From contig JAKQQL010000511.1 in assembly GCA_029564175.1 (NCBI GenBank), positions 1 through 17,073 of the forward strand: 17,073 nt of DNA, in the 5' to 3' direction. Source of the DNA: Candidatus Cloacimonadota bacterium. Lineage in GTDB: Bacteria; Cloacimonadota; Cloacimonadia; Cloacimonadales; WRIO01. The notes beneath the pieces were generated by a model. That model saw only the letters and a program-made list of their open reading frames with translations. It was not told the DNA's origin and did no database searches. This document shows, piece by piece, positions 1 through 7,856 of the stretch (position 1 is the first letter of the stretch; the number at the start of each line of letters is the position of its first letter). The translations under genes were made by a program, and so were the position numbers.

Positions 1-854
1 AAACAAGTGGCATCGGTCCAGACCTCGCCTGACGGTTCATCAGAATTTAGAAAATCTTCAATGAAACACCAACTATTTCCATTAGCTTGCGCATTCAGTA
101 GATTTTTATCTAAACTCTCCAGAAAAGATTGACCATTTTGATGATATTCATACAATTTCCAAAAAAGTAATCTATTTCTATTTTGAAGATTGATTGCAAT
201 TCGTTTTTGTTTAGCTGTTAAATTTTCCGAATTATTTAACTTGTCTATTATGTTAAAAGCTTCATTGACAATTTTATCAAATTGTATCCATTTTTTCGGA
301 GTTGATAATATGGAATCTACGTCATCTTCTGCTACTTTACCAACATCACTCATGATACAATTATAAAAATGTTCTAATTCATCATTCAAATCGGATAGAT
401 CATATATTTCTAATGGTTTTAATTGAGTATTACAACTTTCCCAAAAATCTCTTTTAGAACAAATTCCTAATTTAGCTCCATTTTCTGGGAATATTAAATA
501 TGCATTGTTCATATCACAATAAAACTCTGCTTGATCTTTGTTTGTAGTGCATATAAAAGAAGAATCTCTTTTAGGGAAGTCTTTCCAACTTGGTAATAAA
601 TGTGATATTAAAACAGTGTAATAATTGGAAGTGTTTTGACTTTTCCTTTTTCCCGGTTTAATAATAGCCGAATCTACAGTTAAATTTCTATCACCACGAT
701 ATATTATGTTCCCTTTTATAGCACACTGATAAGCCTCGGAAAATTTTGTTTTAAATAATTGATCAATCTTTTTTAAATCAATATCTGATGATTTAACTTT
801 AGAGGGTTTTACTTCTTTAGATAAAATTGAATCTAATTCATTTATTTTAATCAT
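1..854 (-). CDS. Partial (runs off window) phage protein with ADP-ribosyltransferase-like R-S-E motif arrangement
   Basis: Not in the ORF track. ATG at 854-852 preceded by GGTGA. I translated the N-terminal half and the last codons, which are in the same frame: MIKINELDSIL...IIYRGD...RKSQNTSNYYT...LPSWKDFPKRDSSFICTT...YLIFPENG...GIC...DFW...GEVWTDATC. The YRG / S-x-x-C-T-T / E-V-W order resembles ART folds; function is inference. Confidence 0.6.
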   Translation of the reverse strand, partial: MIKINELDSILSKEVKPSKVKSSDIDLKKIDQLFKTKFSEAYQCAIKGNIIYRGDRNLTVDSAIIKPGKRKSQNTSNYYTVLISHLLPSWKDFPKRDSSFICTTNKDQAEFYCDMNNAYLIFPENGAKLGICSKRDFWESCNTQLKPLEIYDLSDLNDELEHFYNCIMSDVGKVAEDDVDSILSTPKKWIQFDKIVNEAFNIIDKLNNSENLTAKQKRIAINLQNRNRLLFWKLYEYHQNGQSFLESLDKNLLNAQANGNSWCFIEDFLNSDEPSGEVWTDATC

Positions 855-873
855 AAAATCACCATTTTCATAT

Positions 874-912
874 AAAAAATAGGCAGGATTCTCTTAGAGA
901 ATTCTACCTATT
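874..912 (-). terminator. Probable intrinsic terminator
   Basis: Minus strand reads AATAGGTAGAATTCTC-TAA-GAGAATCCTGCCTATT followed by a T run, directly downstream of the 919..1173 ORF. Confidence 0.7.
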
Positions 913-918
913 AATTTT

Positions 919-1173
919 TTAATCTAGAAACTTTTTGTCTTTATCTTCTACTTGAATAGCAGCAATTTGACTAACCACAATCGTTACGCGTTCTGACCAT
1001 GGTTCACCTTCAATTTTACTTGGTTTTTTTAAATCAATAACATATTCAGAAGATGCATCATTCTTACCTTTAATGTAAGAATCATAAATCTTTTCAATTT
1101 CACTGATCGGAACCGTTTGAACAATGCTCTTGCCACTATTCAGAGTAAAAATCATTTTCTTTTCTTTCTTCAT
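919..1173 (-). CDS. Hypothetical protein (84 aa)
   Basis: ORF with GAAGGAG RBS upstream and a terminator downstream; no recognisable motif. Confidence 0.75.
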   Translation of the reverse strand: MKKEKKMIFTLNSGKSIVQTVPISEIEKIYDSYIKGKNDASSEYVIDLKKPSKIEGEPWSERVTIVVSQIAAIQVEDKDKKFLD

Positions 1174-1225
1174 TATTAATTCTCCTTCGATTTAAATATA
1201 GATTCATCATTAAAACAATTCAAAA

Positions 1226-1345
1226 CTGACATACTCTCAACCTAAAGGTCTAAGTTTTATGGTTATCATAAGACATTGCCATATAGGGGTATCAGTGCTC
1301 CCCTTGCATATATCTCTTTCTATATGCAATTGATCTTACTGATAT
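1226..1345 (-). ncRNA. Putative TnpB omegaRNA (reRNA) scaffold; guide would be the flank at about 1206-1225
   Basis: Lies between the tnpB 3' end and the element right end and contains AGGGGAGCACTGATACCCCT hairpin. The 5' boundary is uncertain. Confidence 0.55.
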
Positions 1346-2278
1346 TATATGCAGCATTAACATCAGCATGATCAACGTGGCCACAATTGGGACACTTAAA
1401 GGATTTTTTATCTCGGATTCCTTCGAGTCCACATTTTGAACAATGACTGCTTGTATTATGTGGATCAACATAAGAAACTTTGATACCGGCTAAAAGAGCT
1501 TTGTATTTCAAAAAATTCTGAAATTGATAAAAGCTCCAAGAGTTTACGATACCACGAGATTGTTTTTGATATGTATTTTTCTTATTTGTATTTTTACGAA
1601 TATTAGTTAAATTTTCAAGTTTAATTTCACATTGATATTTCTTAGCTTCATTTACAACATGCCGTGAACATTTATGATTTATATCTTTAACAATATTCTT
1701 TTCTCTGTTTTTAATCTTTTTTAAATGATTATACTTTTGTTTCTTTTGAAGTTTTTTTCTAATATCCTTATATTTCTTACGAACATGTGATTCTTTTTTA
1801 CCCAATTTAATTATCTTATTGATATTTGAAATAACTCCAACAACAGTGTGTCCAGTAGCATTTAAATCAATACCCATAACATTTTGAATTTCAATTTCTT
1901 TCTGCGGTTCAATTTCAATTGAAATATAATAATATTGTTTATTGATTTCAATTTGATTTATTTTCTGAAATTTATATCGACAATCTGAAAAATCAATATA
2001 TTTCTTCAAACATGGAATATAGATTGTTTTATATTCTTTTAAATATTTAATTCCTTGATTGGGAATACATAAATTTACAGATTTAACATTTTTGCATTTT
2101 TTATTTCGACCATATTTTCTTAAAATTTGATTACTAATTATAGATTTTAATCCAAAATGGGCAACAGCTTTAGATGTTATGACGCCTTTGTTATGAATAG
2201 AAAATTGAGCAATTTGGAATGCTTTTACAATTCACTATCAAAATTTTCATTATGTTTTATTTTAATGGTTAGAATCAT
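1320..2278 (-). pseudogene. tnpB: TnpB RNA-guided nuclease with frameshift near 2225-2230
   Basis: ATG at 2278 gives MILTIKIKHNENFDSEL then TAA (2227-2225). A shifted frame continues KAFQIAQF...LKSIISNQILRKYGRNKK... into the 1320..2009 ORF, which has RuvC-I GIDLN, RuvC-II KLENL, Zn finger CSKC/CPNC and RuvC-III HADVNAA. Confidence 0.85.
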
Positions 2279-2280
2279 CT

Positions 2281-2694
2281 TTAAACACCTTTTTGATTTT
2301 CAATATATTTTTTAATAACTTCTAAAGATACTGTCCCAACAGAAGCAATAAATTTTCCATGTGTCCATAAACAAGGAAGCCTTTTCTTTAATTCGGGAAA
2401 TTCTTCTCTTAAAATTTTTGAAAGATAATCCTTTATATTTGAAACTATAGCATGAATATGAATATTGGCACTACATTGAATCAAAAGATGAACATGATCT
2501 GGCATCGTTTCTATTTCGATAACTGAATAATGGTATTCGTTTTGTTGTTGATAAACCAATTCCTTTAATCTTAATTGAATTGGTTCAGTCAAGACTTTTC
2601 TTCTATATTTTGGACAGAAAATAATATGATAGATACATCGTGAAACTAAATGATTTTCCGAAATATACAAGGTTTCTGGAGTTAATAAATTCAT
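2281..2694 (-). CDS. tnpA: IS200/IS605 Y1 (HUH) transposase
   Basis: YHIIFCPKYRR, HUH motif DHVHLL, LWTHG-F, catalytic Tyr in IKKYIENQ; AGGGGG RBS upstream. Confidence 0.95.
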   Translation of the reverse strand: MNLLTPETLYISENHLVSRCIYHIIFCPKYRRKVLTEPIQLRLKELVYQQQNEYHYSVIEIETMPDHVHLLIQCSANIHIHAIVSNIKDYLSKILREEFPELKKRLPCLWTHGKFIASVGTVSLEVIKKYIENQKGV

Positions 2695-2750
2695 TTTGTA
2701 GCCCCCTTTCGTCTACTATTAACTTCTTTTTTGTCGGAATTTTTTGGGCC

Positions 2751-2778
2751 AATATCGGCGGTCAGGACCGCCGATATT
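2751..2778. repeat. Perfect GC-rich inverted repeat (12-bp stem, 4-nt loop)
   Basis: AATATCGGCGGT-CAGG-ACCGCCGATATT in the intergenic region between the 167-aa gene and tnpA. Confidence 0.85.
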
Positions 2779-2782
2779 CATA

Positions 2783-3286
2783 TCAGCCTATAAAGGTCTG
2801 ATCTTTCTGCCAATTTTCAAAAGTATTCAAAAGTAAATTTTTATATTGTTCTAAAATCTTTTCATCTGAATTGTAAGCTCTTTCAATTCCTTCTTCAATT
2901 AAGGGATATTTATCTCTTGTGTTCACTGGATTTTCATGCAACATTCTATGAACACAATGAAGAAGGGGAACATACGAAACACATCCACTCATGTGCAAAT
3001 CAAAAATTACCATTGTTAAATAGATGGTATTTAATGGCAATTTATTGTCAATAAAATAGTCCACAGTATTTTGACATATATCATACAATGTTCTGCCATA
3101 ATGATGAACTTCAATATGTGCTTGATCATCGGTTGTTGATAATCCAGTTGCAGCACATACTTCTCTATTTATTGTTGACAACCAAACTTTGTATTCTTGA
3201 GATGATCGAAATAATTTTTCAACATCCTTGATTAACTTTTCATATTCTTGGTTATCATATAATTCGTAAAACAGTTCTGGTTTCAT
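2783..3286 (-). CDS. HNH-like phage protein
   Basis: C-A-A-T-G...IEVHH...VPLLHCVHRMLH resembles an HNH (beta-beta-alpha-metal) motif with an insertion; translationally adjacent to the neck gene. Confidence 0.5.
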   Translation of the reverse strand: MKPELFYELYDNQEYEKLIKDVEKLFRSSQEYKVWLSTINREVCAATGLSTTDDQAHIEVHHYGRTLYDICQNTVDYFIDNKLPLNTIYLTMVIFDLHMSGCVSYVPLLHCVHRMLHENPVNTRDKYPLIEEGIERAYNSDEKILEQYKNLLLNTFENWQKDQTFIG

Positions 3287-3291
3287 TTTAA

Positions 3292-4050
3292 CTACCCAAT
3301 TAACAATATTGATTCCGGGAACTTGTATCTAGCTTTCAATTCTTCAATTAACTCTTTTTCTTTTTCATCAGCTTCACCTAACAATGTTGATGCATCATTA
3401 TCTAATGAACCAACAGCTAATTGAACTCCACTAAATTTCCCTCTAATACGTGCTAACATTTTAGCAACTTTACATTGAACAAACTGAATAAACCAATTTA
3501 TTTCATAAGAATTTAATGAAGATAAATCTTCTGTATGAGGCACTGCCAACTTAGCAGCCACTAACCCTTGATACATAGGAGTTGGCATAATTCTTACAAT
3601 ATTTGGTTCAATCAATTCTTTTGCTAAATCTAATCCAAATGCTTTATTGACTGTATCATATTGAAGAAAGTTTGTAATATAATCTGTCATGACTGTTATA
3701 TCCGATTTAGCTGCCAAAGAAAGTGGTTGTCTCATTAAAACTTCCCAAGGAATTCCCATACCAATTAAATAATTGATATCAAGGTAAATATCAACGACAC
3801 TGTTAATCTTTGGATAATCAGCCAATTCATAATCAGACTTCATTGGAAAAATCTGAAACCTTGGATAAACAATTCTTGGTGCATAGATATTCAAAACATC
3901 AACAGCTTTTTTAATTGCCATTACAAGATTGTTTTCTGTAATTTCAACTGATACACTTGGATATCCAAATTCTGATAAGGCCCTCATTTTTAATTCTTCA
4001 AAATCGGAATCATCCAATTGAATATTTGGGAGTTTATTAAAAATTCCCAT
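3292..4050 (-). CDS. Neck / head-completion protein (T4 gp13-like)
   Basis: N-terminal FGYPSVSVEITENNLVMAI and C-terminal ARIRGKFSGVQL...LLGEADEKEKELIEEL match the gp13-family pattern (LG-P-v-vE...; G..RGKf.gv.lpgG...EA..E..L.eeL). Confidence 0.75.
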   Translation of the reverse strand: MGIFNKLPNIQLDDSDFEELKMRALSEFGYPSVSVEITENNLVMAIKKAVDVLNIYAPRIVYPRFQIFPMKSDYELADYPKINSVVDIYLDINYLIGMGIPWEVLMRQPLSLAAKSDITVMTDYITNFLQYDTVNKAFGLDLAKELIEPNIVRIMPTPMYQGLVAAKLAVPHTEDLSSLNSYEINWFIQFVQCKVAKMLARIRGKFSGVQLAVGSLDNDASTLLGEADEKEKELIEELKARYKFPESILLIG

Positions 4051-4066
4051 TTTTTATCATCCTTTA

Positions 4067-4357
4067 TTATTCAGACTTACGAGGTTTTCTTGGCTTCCTC
4101 ACAGGCTCTTTTTTTTCTGACTCTTCTTTTTCTACTTCTTGAACAGGTTCTTTTTCTTTTTCAACTTCCTTTACAACTTCTGGAGTTGGCTTTTCAACAG
4201 GTTTTTCGGAAAATGCCAATACTGTAATCTTTCGATATTCCAATAGGAATTGAATATCATAATCAGAAAGATTCTTTTCACTTTGAACAAAAATCTCCCC
4301 TGCTTTATACTCCAATCCATTATGTGAAAATCCATTCACAACTGTAAATTTTTTCAT
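4067..4357 (-). CDS. Small hypothetical protein with Glu/Lys/Pro-rich tail, probably virion-associated
   Basis: Compact N-terminal domain (HNGLEYKAGE) plus low-complexity tail. Its native RBS (GGGGGA, 5956-5961) appears displaced by the IscB element. Confidence 0.75.
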   Translation of the reverse strand: MKKFTVVNGFSHNGLEYKAGEIFVQSEKNLSDYDIQFLLEYRKITVLAFSEKPVEKPTPEVVKEVEKEKEPVQEVEKEESEKKEPVRKPRKPRKSE

Positions 4358-4376
4358 TTATTAATGGTCGAGGAAA

Positions 4377-4397
4377 ATGCTAAGTCTTGCTTAGCAT
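4377..4397 (+). repeat. Left-end subterminal hairpin of IscB element 1
   Basis: ATGCTAAG-TCTTG-CTTAGCAT; the same core occurs at 5920-5940, 11187-11207 and 12724-12744. Confidence 0.9.
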
Positions 4398-5648
4398 ATG
4401 AATCGACCTTTTCACCTCACTTATCCATGATTTTCGACTAGAAACTCTAATTATTTTATCAACTTTCGGCATTGGCTTAAGATCAATACCTTTGTTATCA
4501 ATTCCCATTAAAGCAAAATAACCAGACGATCTTCTACCTTTAATGAAATATTCTTTTCCAAGATATCTGACTTTATCAAACTTTCTAAACCCAAATAGTT
4601 TTCCAGTTGGTATTCTTTTTTCAGATCGAATTCCTTTAGTCTGCTGATAATCACCTTTAGAAACACAACGTTTATAAATTACACTATCAATTTTGTTGAA
4701 ATAAGCAGGATTACCTTGACAAGCTATCACTACAGCATCAATGTAATGCTCTTTTGGAAGTTCAAAGAATTGTCTATGTTCTTTAGTTATGTATCCAAAA
4801 GTTTCTTCCGCATTAGGTAATCTTTTTAACAATTGAATTCTAATACTATTCATCTGGGTTGCATGTTTCAAATTACCCTTAACCTTACCATTATTCAGTT
4901 TGATCTTTCCATCATGAACTGCATCGTGGCATGTTTTACAAAGAGTAATTAAGTTATCGGGTTCATCGGAGCCGTTATTGCTTCTAAAGATTATATGATG
5001 AACTTCAAGTTTTTTATCTTTTGATTTGCCTTTACAATGTTGGCATTTGTAGGAATCTCTATCTAAAACAAAAGCTTTAGTATTTGCAAAACCGTAGTTA
5101 GTTCCTTTTTGATAACCCCATTTTCGTATATTCTTATTATGAAGAGCAGGGTTTTTCATTAAATGTGGATCAAAATTACCAGTTTCTATTACTAATTGAG
5201 TTATTGGAAGAATTGATTTAACAAAGTTGATTTCTTTGAAATGACTATTAAATTTGCTAATCATAGTAGGTGAAAATCTATCTTTTCTACGAGAATTCTT
5301 CCTATTAGCCCAACGAGCTTTACGGTATCGAATTTTTCGATTTCTTCTATTACGTCTGTATTTGCTACGTTGTTTCATCTTATCGGTAATATCATTTCTA
5401 ATCGTAATTTCAGACATATAAACCACTTCTTCTTTATCATTAACGACCGCACTACCTATTTTATCACCACCAGTATCAACCCCATGAGTTAGAGATTGTT
5501 TAGCTTGTCCACTACCGTATAAAAGTTTAATAGTAAATGGAGTTATTCTAATTACTTTAGCTTTGCCAAATTTTAATAAAATTCTGGCTTTTCTAGGTGA
5601 ACAAGGCATCAAGGGTTTTCCATGCTTATTAATAACGTAAACTACCAT
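4380..5648 (-). CDS. iscB: IscB RNA-guided endonuclease (probable start MVVYV at 5648)
   Basis: PLMP domain, RuvC-I GVDTG, Arg-rich bridge helix RRNRRNRKIRYRKAR, RuvC-II IETGNFD, HNH CQHC..EVHH..NLITLCKTCH, RuvC-III HYIDA; AAGGAG RBS before 5648. Confidence 0.95.
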   Translation of the reverse strand: MVVYVINKHGKPLMPCSPRKARILLKFGKAKVIRITPFTIKLLYGSGQAKQSLTHGVDTGGDKIGSAVVNDKEEVVYMSEITIRNDITDKMKQRSKYRRNRRNRKIRYRKARWANRKNSRRKDRFSPTMISKFNSHFKEINFVKSILPITQLVIETGNFDPHLMKNPALHNKNIRKWGYQKGTNYGFANTKAFVLDRDSYKCQHCKGKSKDKKLEVHHIIFRSNNGSDEPDNLITLCKTCHDAVHDGKIKLNNGKVKGNLKHATQMNSIRIQLLKRLPNAEETFGYITKEHRQFFELPKEHYIDAVVIACQGNPAYFNKIDSVIYKRCVSKGDYQQTKGIRSEKRIPTGKLFGFRKFDKVRYLGKEYFIKGRRSSGYFALMGIDNKGIDLKPMPKVDKIIRVSSRKSWISEVKRSIHMLSKT

Positions 5649-5664
5649 AAAGTGTTTATCTCCT

Positions 5665-5948
5665 TTATACAAAGAAGTTATGCCTATTCAGTCAGTTGGA
5701 GTGCTGAATGAAATTGGACTTCCTCTCGATCAGTTAAGTTGGCTTCGCAATGTGGTTGACTATTCCGTTCTGCCTTGGAATTGTTTACAGAGCCACGAAA
5801 GTGCATTGAACTGAGGCGACATTCAAAGGTTTCTACATCCAACTTAACGACTACCAGCTTTCTAAAACTCCTACTGGTGATCTGGTAAAGATGACCTTCT
5901 AATTGAATTCAATTAGAAGGTGCTAAGTCTTGCTTAGCACAGCTTTAC
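5665..5948 (-). ncRNA. IscB omegaRNA (HEARO-like) scaffold, copy 1; guide would be the flank at 5949-5968
   Basis: About 285-nt non-coding region upstream of iscB, highly similar to 11179-11460, with compensatory stem changes and HEARO-like motifs (ACCAGA, CCTCAGTT, TAAACA, CGAGAGGA). The 3' boundary is approximate. Confidence 0.85.
5894..5940 (+). repeat. Right-end structures of element 1: perfect 28-bp palindrome (5894-5921) abutting the subterminal hairpin (5920-5940)
   Basis: ACCTTCTAATTGAATTCAATTAGAAGGT and GTGCTAAG-TCTTG-CTTAGCAC. Confidence 0.9.
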
Positions 5949-5960
5949 TTATAAATCCCC

Positions 5961-7802
5961 CTAATCTTTAATACCCCATATTGCTTTCAGTGATTGTGCG
6001 GTTATTTGTTTTCTTTCACCATCTACCTGTGGACTACTATTAACTTCATTTTTTTCTCGTGATCTAGAATCAATTTGTAGAATTTCCTCAAGCTCTTCAT
6101 CTGACAGATTATATTTTTTATCAATTCCACTATACTTTTTAAGAAGGTGAGTTGTCTGTTCCTGAACTTTTTGGGATTCTACATTTCCATATAGACTATT
6201 AAATGCTTCTTTAATGTCTGTTCTTAAAAGGTCTTTTAATTTCATAAAAGCCCACATTGTATGACCATAGGATAATACTAAGTCATCTTTTCTGGCTCCT
6301 GCAACTCTACCATGTTTGTCATAAATGAATGTTAAAAATTGCATTAAAAGTCTTTCGGATTTAATAATACCTAATTGTTTTTCTCCAATCAATTCCGAAT
6401 TCTGAATTTGTTCAAATGAACGTTCGTCTTTAACATTTAACAAATTTGAATATTTTTCAAGTAATGTATTCTTCATGTTTGTCAATAGAAGATTTCTTGT
6501 TTCTCCTGTCAAATTTGTGCCATAGTCTAATACTTGAATAGCTTTCTTTTTCTGTTTTGAATTTCTCACTGTATGTTTTTGATCAATTAAATCATTGGGA
6601 TTGCCATCTCTAAATAATTTCCCTCTAATTGTTGGATCAATTCTTAATAATTTATCAATGATAATTTTACCTAAGGCATTTCGTTCAACATTCATCCAAG
6701 CATTGTTATACATTTTTTGATATTTTAAAAGAATGTCAACATAATCATCAGGAATAATTGTATCACAAGCAAATTCAGCTACCTGTTCTAATGTATATCC
6801 ATCAATGATTTGAAAAGCTGAATCATCATTTCCAGTCCCATAAGCAGTATCAACACCAATTACATAAGGTCTTTTTTCAATGGGTTCTTGCCATATCCAC
6901 AAATTATTATCTTCCAGTTTCTTAATTGGTTCTTCAATATCAATTTTTTCAAGTAAGAAGCCTGGGATATAAGTATCACCAGAAGCTTCAAATGATAATT
7001 CAAGTTCTTGTCGAATAGCTCTTTGATCCCAATTTAATGCTTTACAATTTTCCAAATACCATTCTTTTGTGCAATCTGGAATACTACTCCAATGAACACG
7101 TAAAGGATGAAAATTGTTTTTACCACTAACAGAATTTTGATACATATTATAATACCATTCACCTGTTCCAGCCATACCATTCGGAGTTGATATAATAAGT
7201 ATTCCATAAGGTTTTTTTGAAGTAGTATCAACTGCTTTTGATATGGTTGGATAAATAGCTTTATAAACATTTTCAACGTTTTCTGTATGAGCCGCTTCAT
7301 CAAGAATCAATAAACTAATTGATTCACCTCTAGAGGCTTGTTCCGTAGCAGGGAGTGCTGTGATAGTGCTCCCATTAGTAAATGCCATTTCTGATTCATT
7401 GTCTTTAGTTCCATTTTCTGTCTTATTTCTTGTTGATGTTGGTGGCAAAAATTCATCTATATACCATTGTGGTAATGCTCGAAACATTTGTTTGATCTTT
7501 TTTAAAAACTTCTTAGCATTTCTAGCACCAGCCGAAACAATTAGAATATTGTAATTTGAAAAATGTAGAGCTGACCACAAAGCAAGTGCTTGAACAATGG
7601 TTGAAGCACCGACCTGTCTACTTTTTAAAATAATTAAATTGTGTTTATTACAATATTTTTTAATGAGATTCTTCTGAAAATCATACAATGGAAATGGAAT
7701 TCTTCCATTTTTTTGAGTAATAATTTTAACATTATCTAAGGTAAATTTGATCGGATCACGTCTATATGATATGTATTGTTCAATTTGATTTTCCGTAAGC
7801 AT
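5961..7802 (-). CDS. terL: Terminase large subunit (T4 gp17-like)
   Basis: LYDFQ adenine-binding motif, Walker A KSRQVGAST, Walker B LLILDEAAH, coupling motif ISTPNG, nuclease IGVDTAYG...DDSA...VERN...DDLV; GGAGGT RBS. Confidence 0.95.
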   Translation of the reverse strand: MLTENQIEQYISYRRDPIKFTLDNVKIITQKNGRIPFPLYDFQKNLIKKYCNKHNLIILKSRQVGASTIVQALALWSALHFSNYNILIVSAGARNAKKFLKKIKQMFRALPQWYIDEFLPPTSTRNKTENGTKDNESEMAFTNGSTITALPATEQASRGESISLLILDEAAHTENVENVYKAIYPTISKAVDTTSKKPYGILIISTPNGMAGTGEWYYNMYQNSVSGKNNFHPLRVHWSSIPDCTKEWYLENCKALNWDQRAIRQELELSFEASGDTYIPGFLLEKIDIEEPIKKLEDNNLWIWQEPIEKRPYVIGVDTAYGTGNDDSAFQIIDGYTLEQVAEFACDTIIPDDYVDILLKYQKMYNNAWMNVERNALGKIIIDKLLRIDPTIRGKLFRDGNPNDLIDQKHTVRNSKQKKKAIQVLDYGTNLTGETRNLLLTNMKNTLLEKYSNLLNVKDERSFEQIQNSELIGEKQLGIIKSERLLMQFLTFIYDKHGRVAGARKDDLVLSYGHTMWAFMKLKDLLRTDIKEAFNSLYGNVESQKVQEQTTHLLKKYSGIDKKYNLSDEELEEILQIDSRSREKNEVNSSPQVDGERKQITAQSLKAIWGIKD

Positions 7803-7856
7803 AATTTGTCAACCTCCACATAAGTTAATTTTAGAAATTTTGAGTTTCGTAAAAAT

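Larger units (their letters stand above)
1226..2710 (-). mobile_element. IS200/IS605-family element (tnpA + tnpB, tnpB frameshifted); left end not precisely located
   Basis: Co-oriented adjacent tnpA and tnpB. Right end reads ...GACCTTTAGGTTGAGAGTATGTCAG (minus strand), a typical IS605 right-end hairpin and terminus. The left boundary is approximate. Confidence 0.8.
4358..5948 (-). mobile_element. Non-autonomous IS200/IS605-type IscB element, copy 1 (1591 bp)
   Basis: Matching subterminal hairpins at 4377-4397 and 5920-5940, omegaRNA plus iscB, homologous to copy 2. On the + strand it is preceded by TTCAT and ends in TTTAC. Removal gives GGGGGA-TTTATAA-ATG on the minus strand. Confidence 0.85.

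Noticed and set aside
5961..7802. Stop-codon reassignment as seen in some large phages
   Set aside because: Conserved genes are full length under the standard code, and TAG, TAA and TGA all occur as apparent gene ends.
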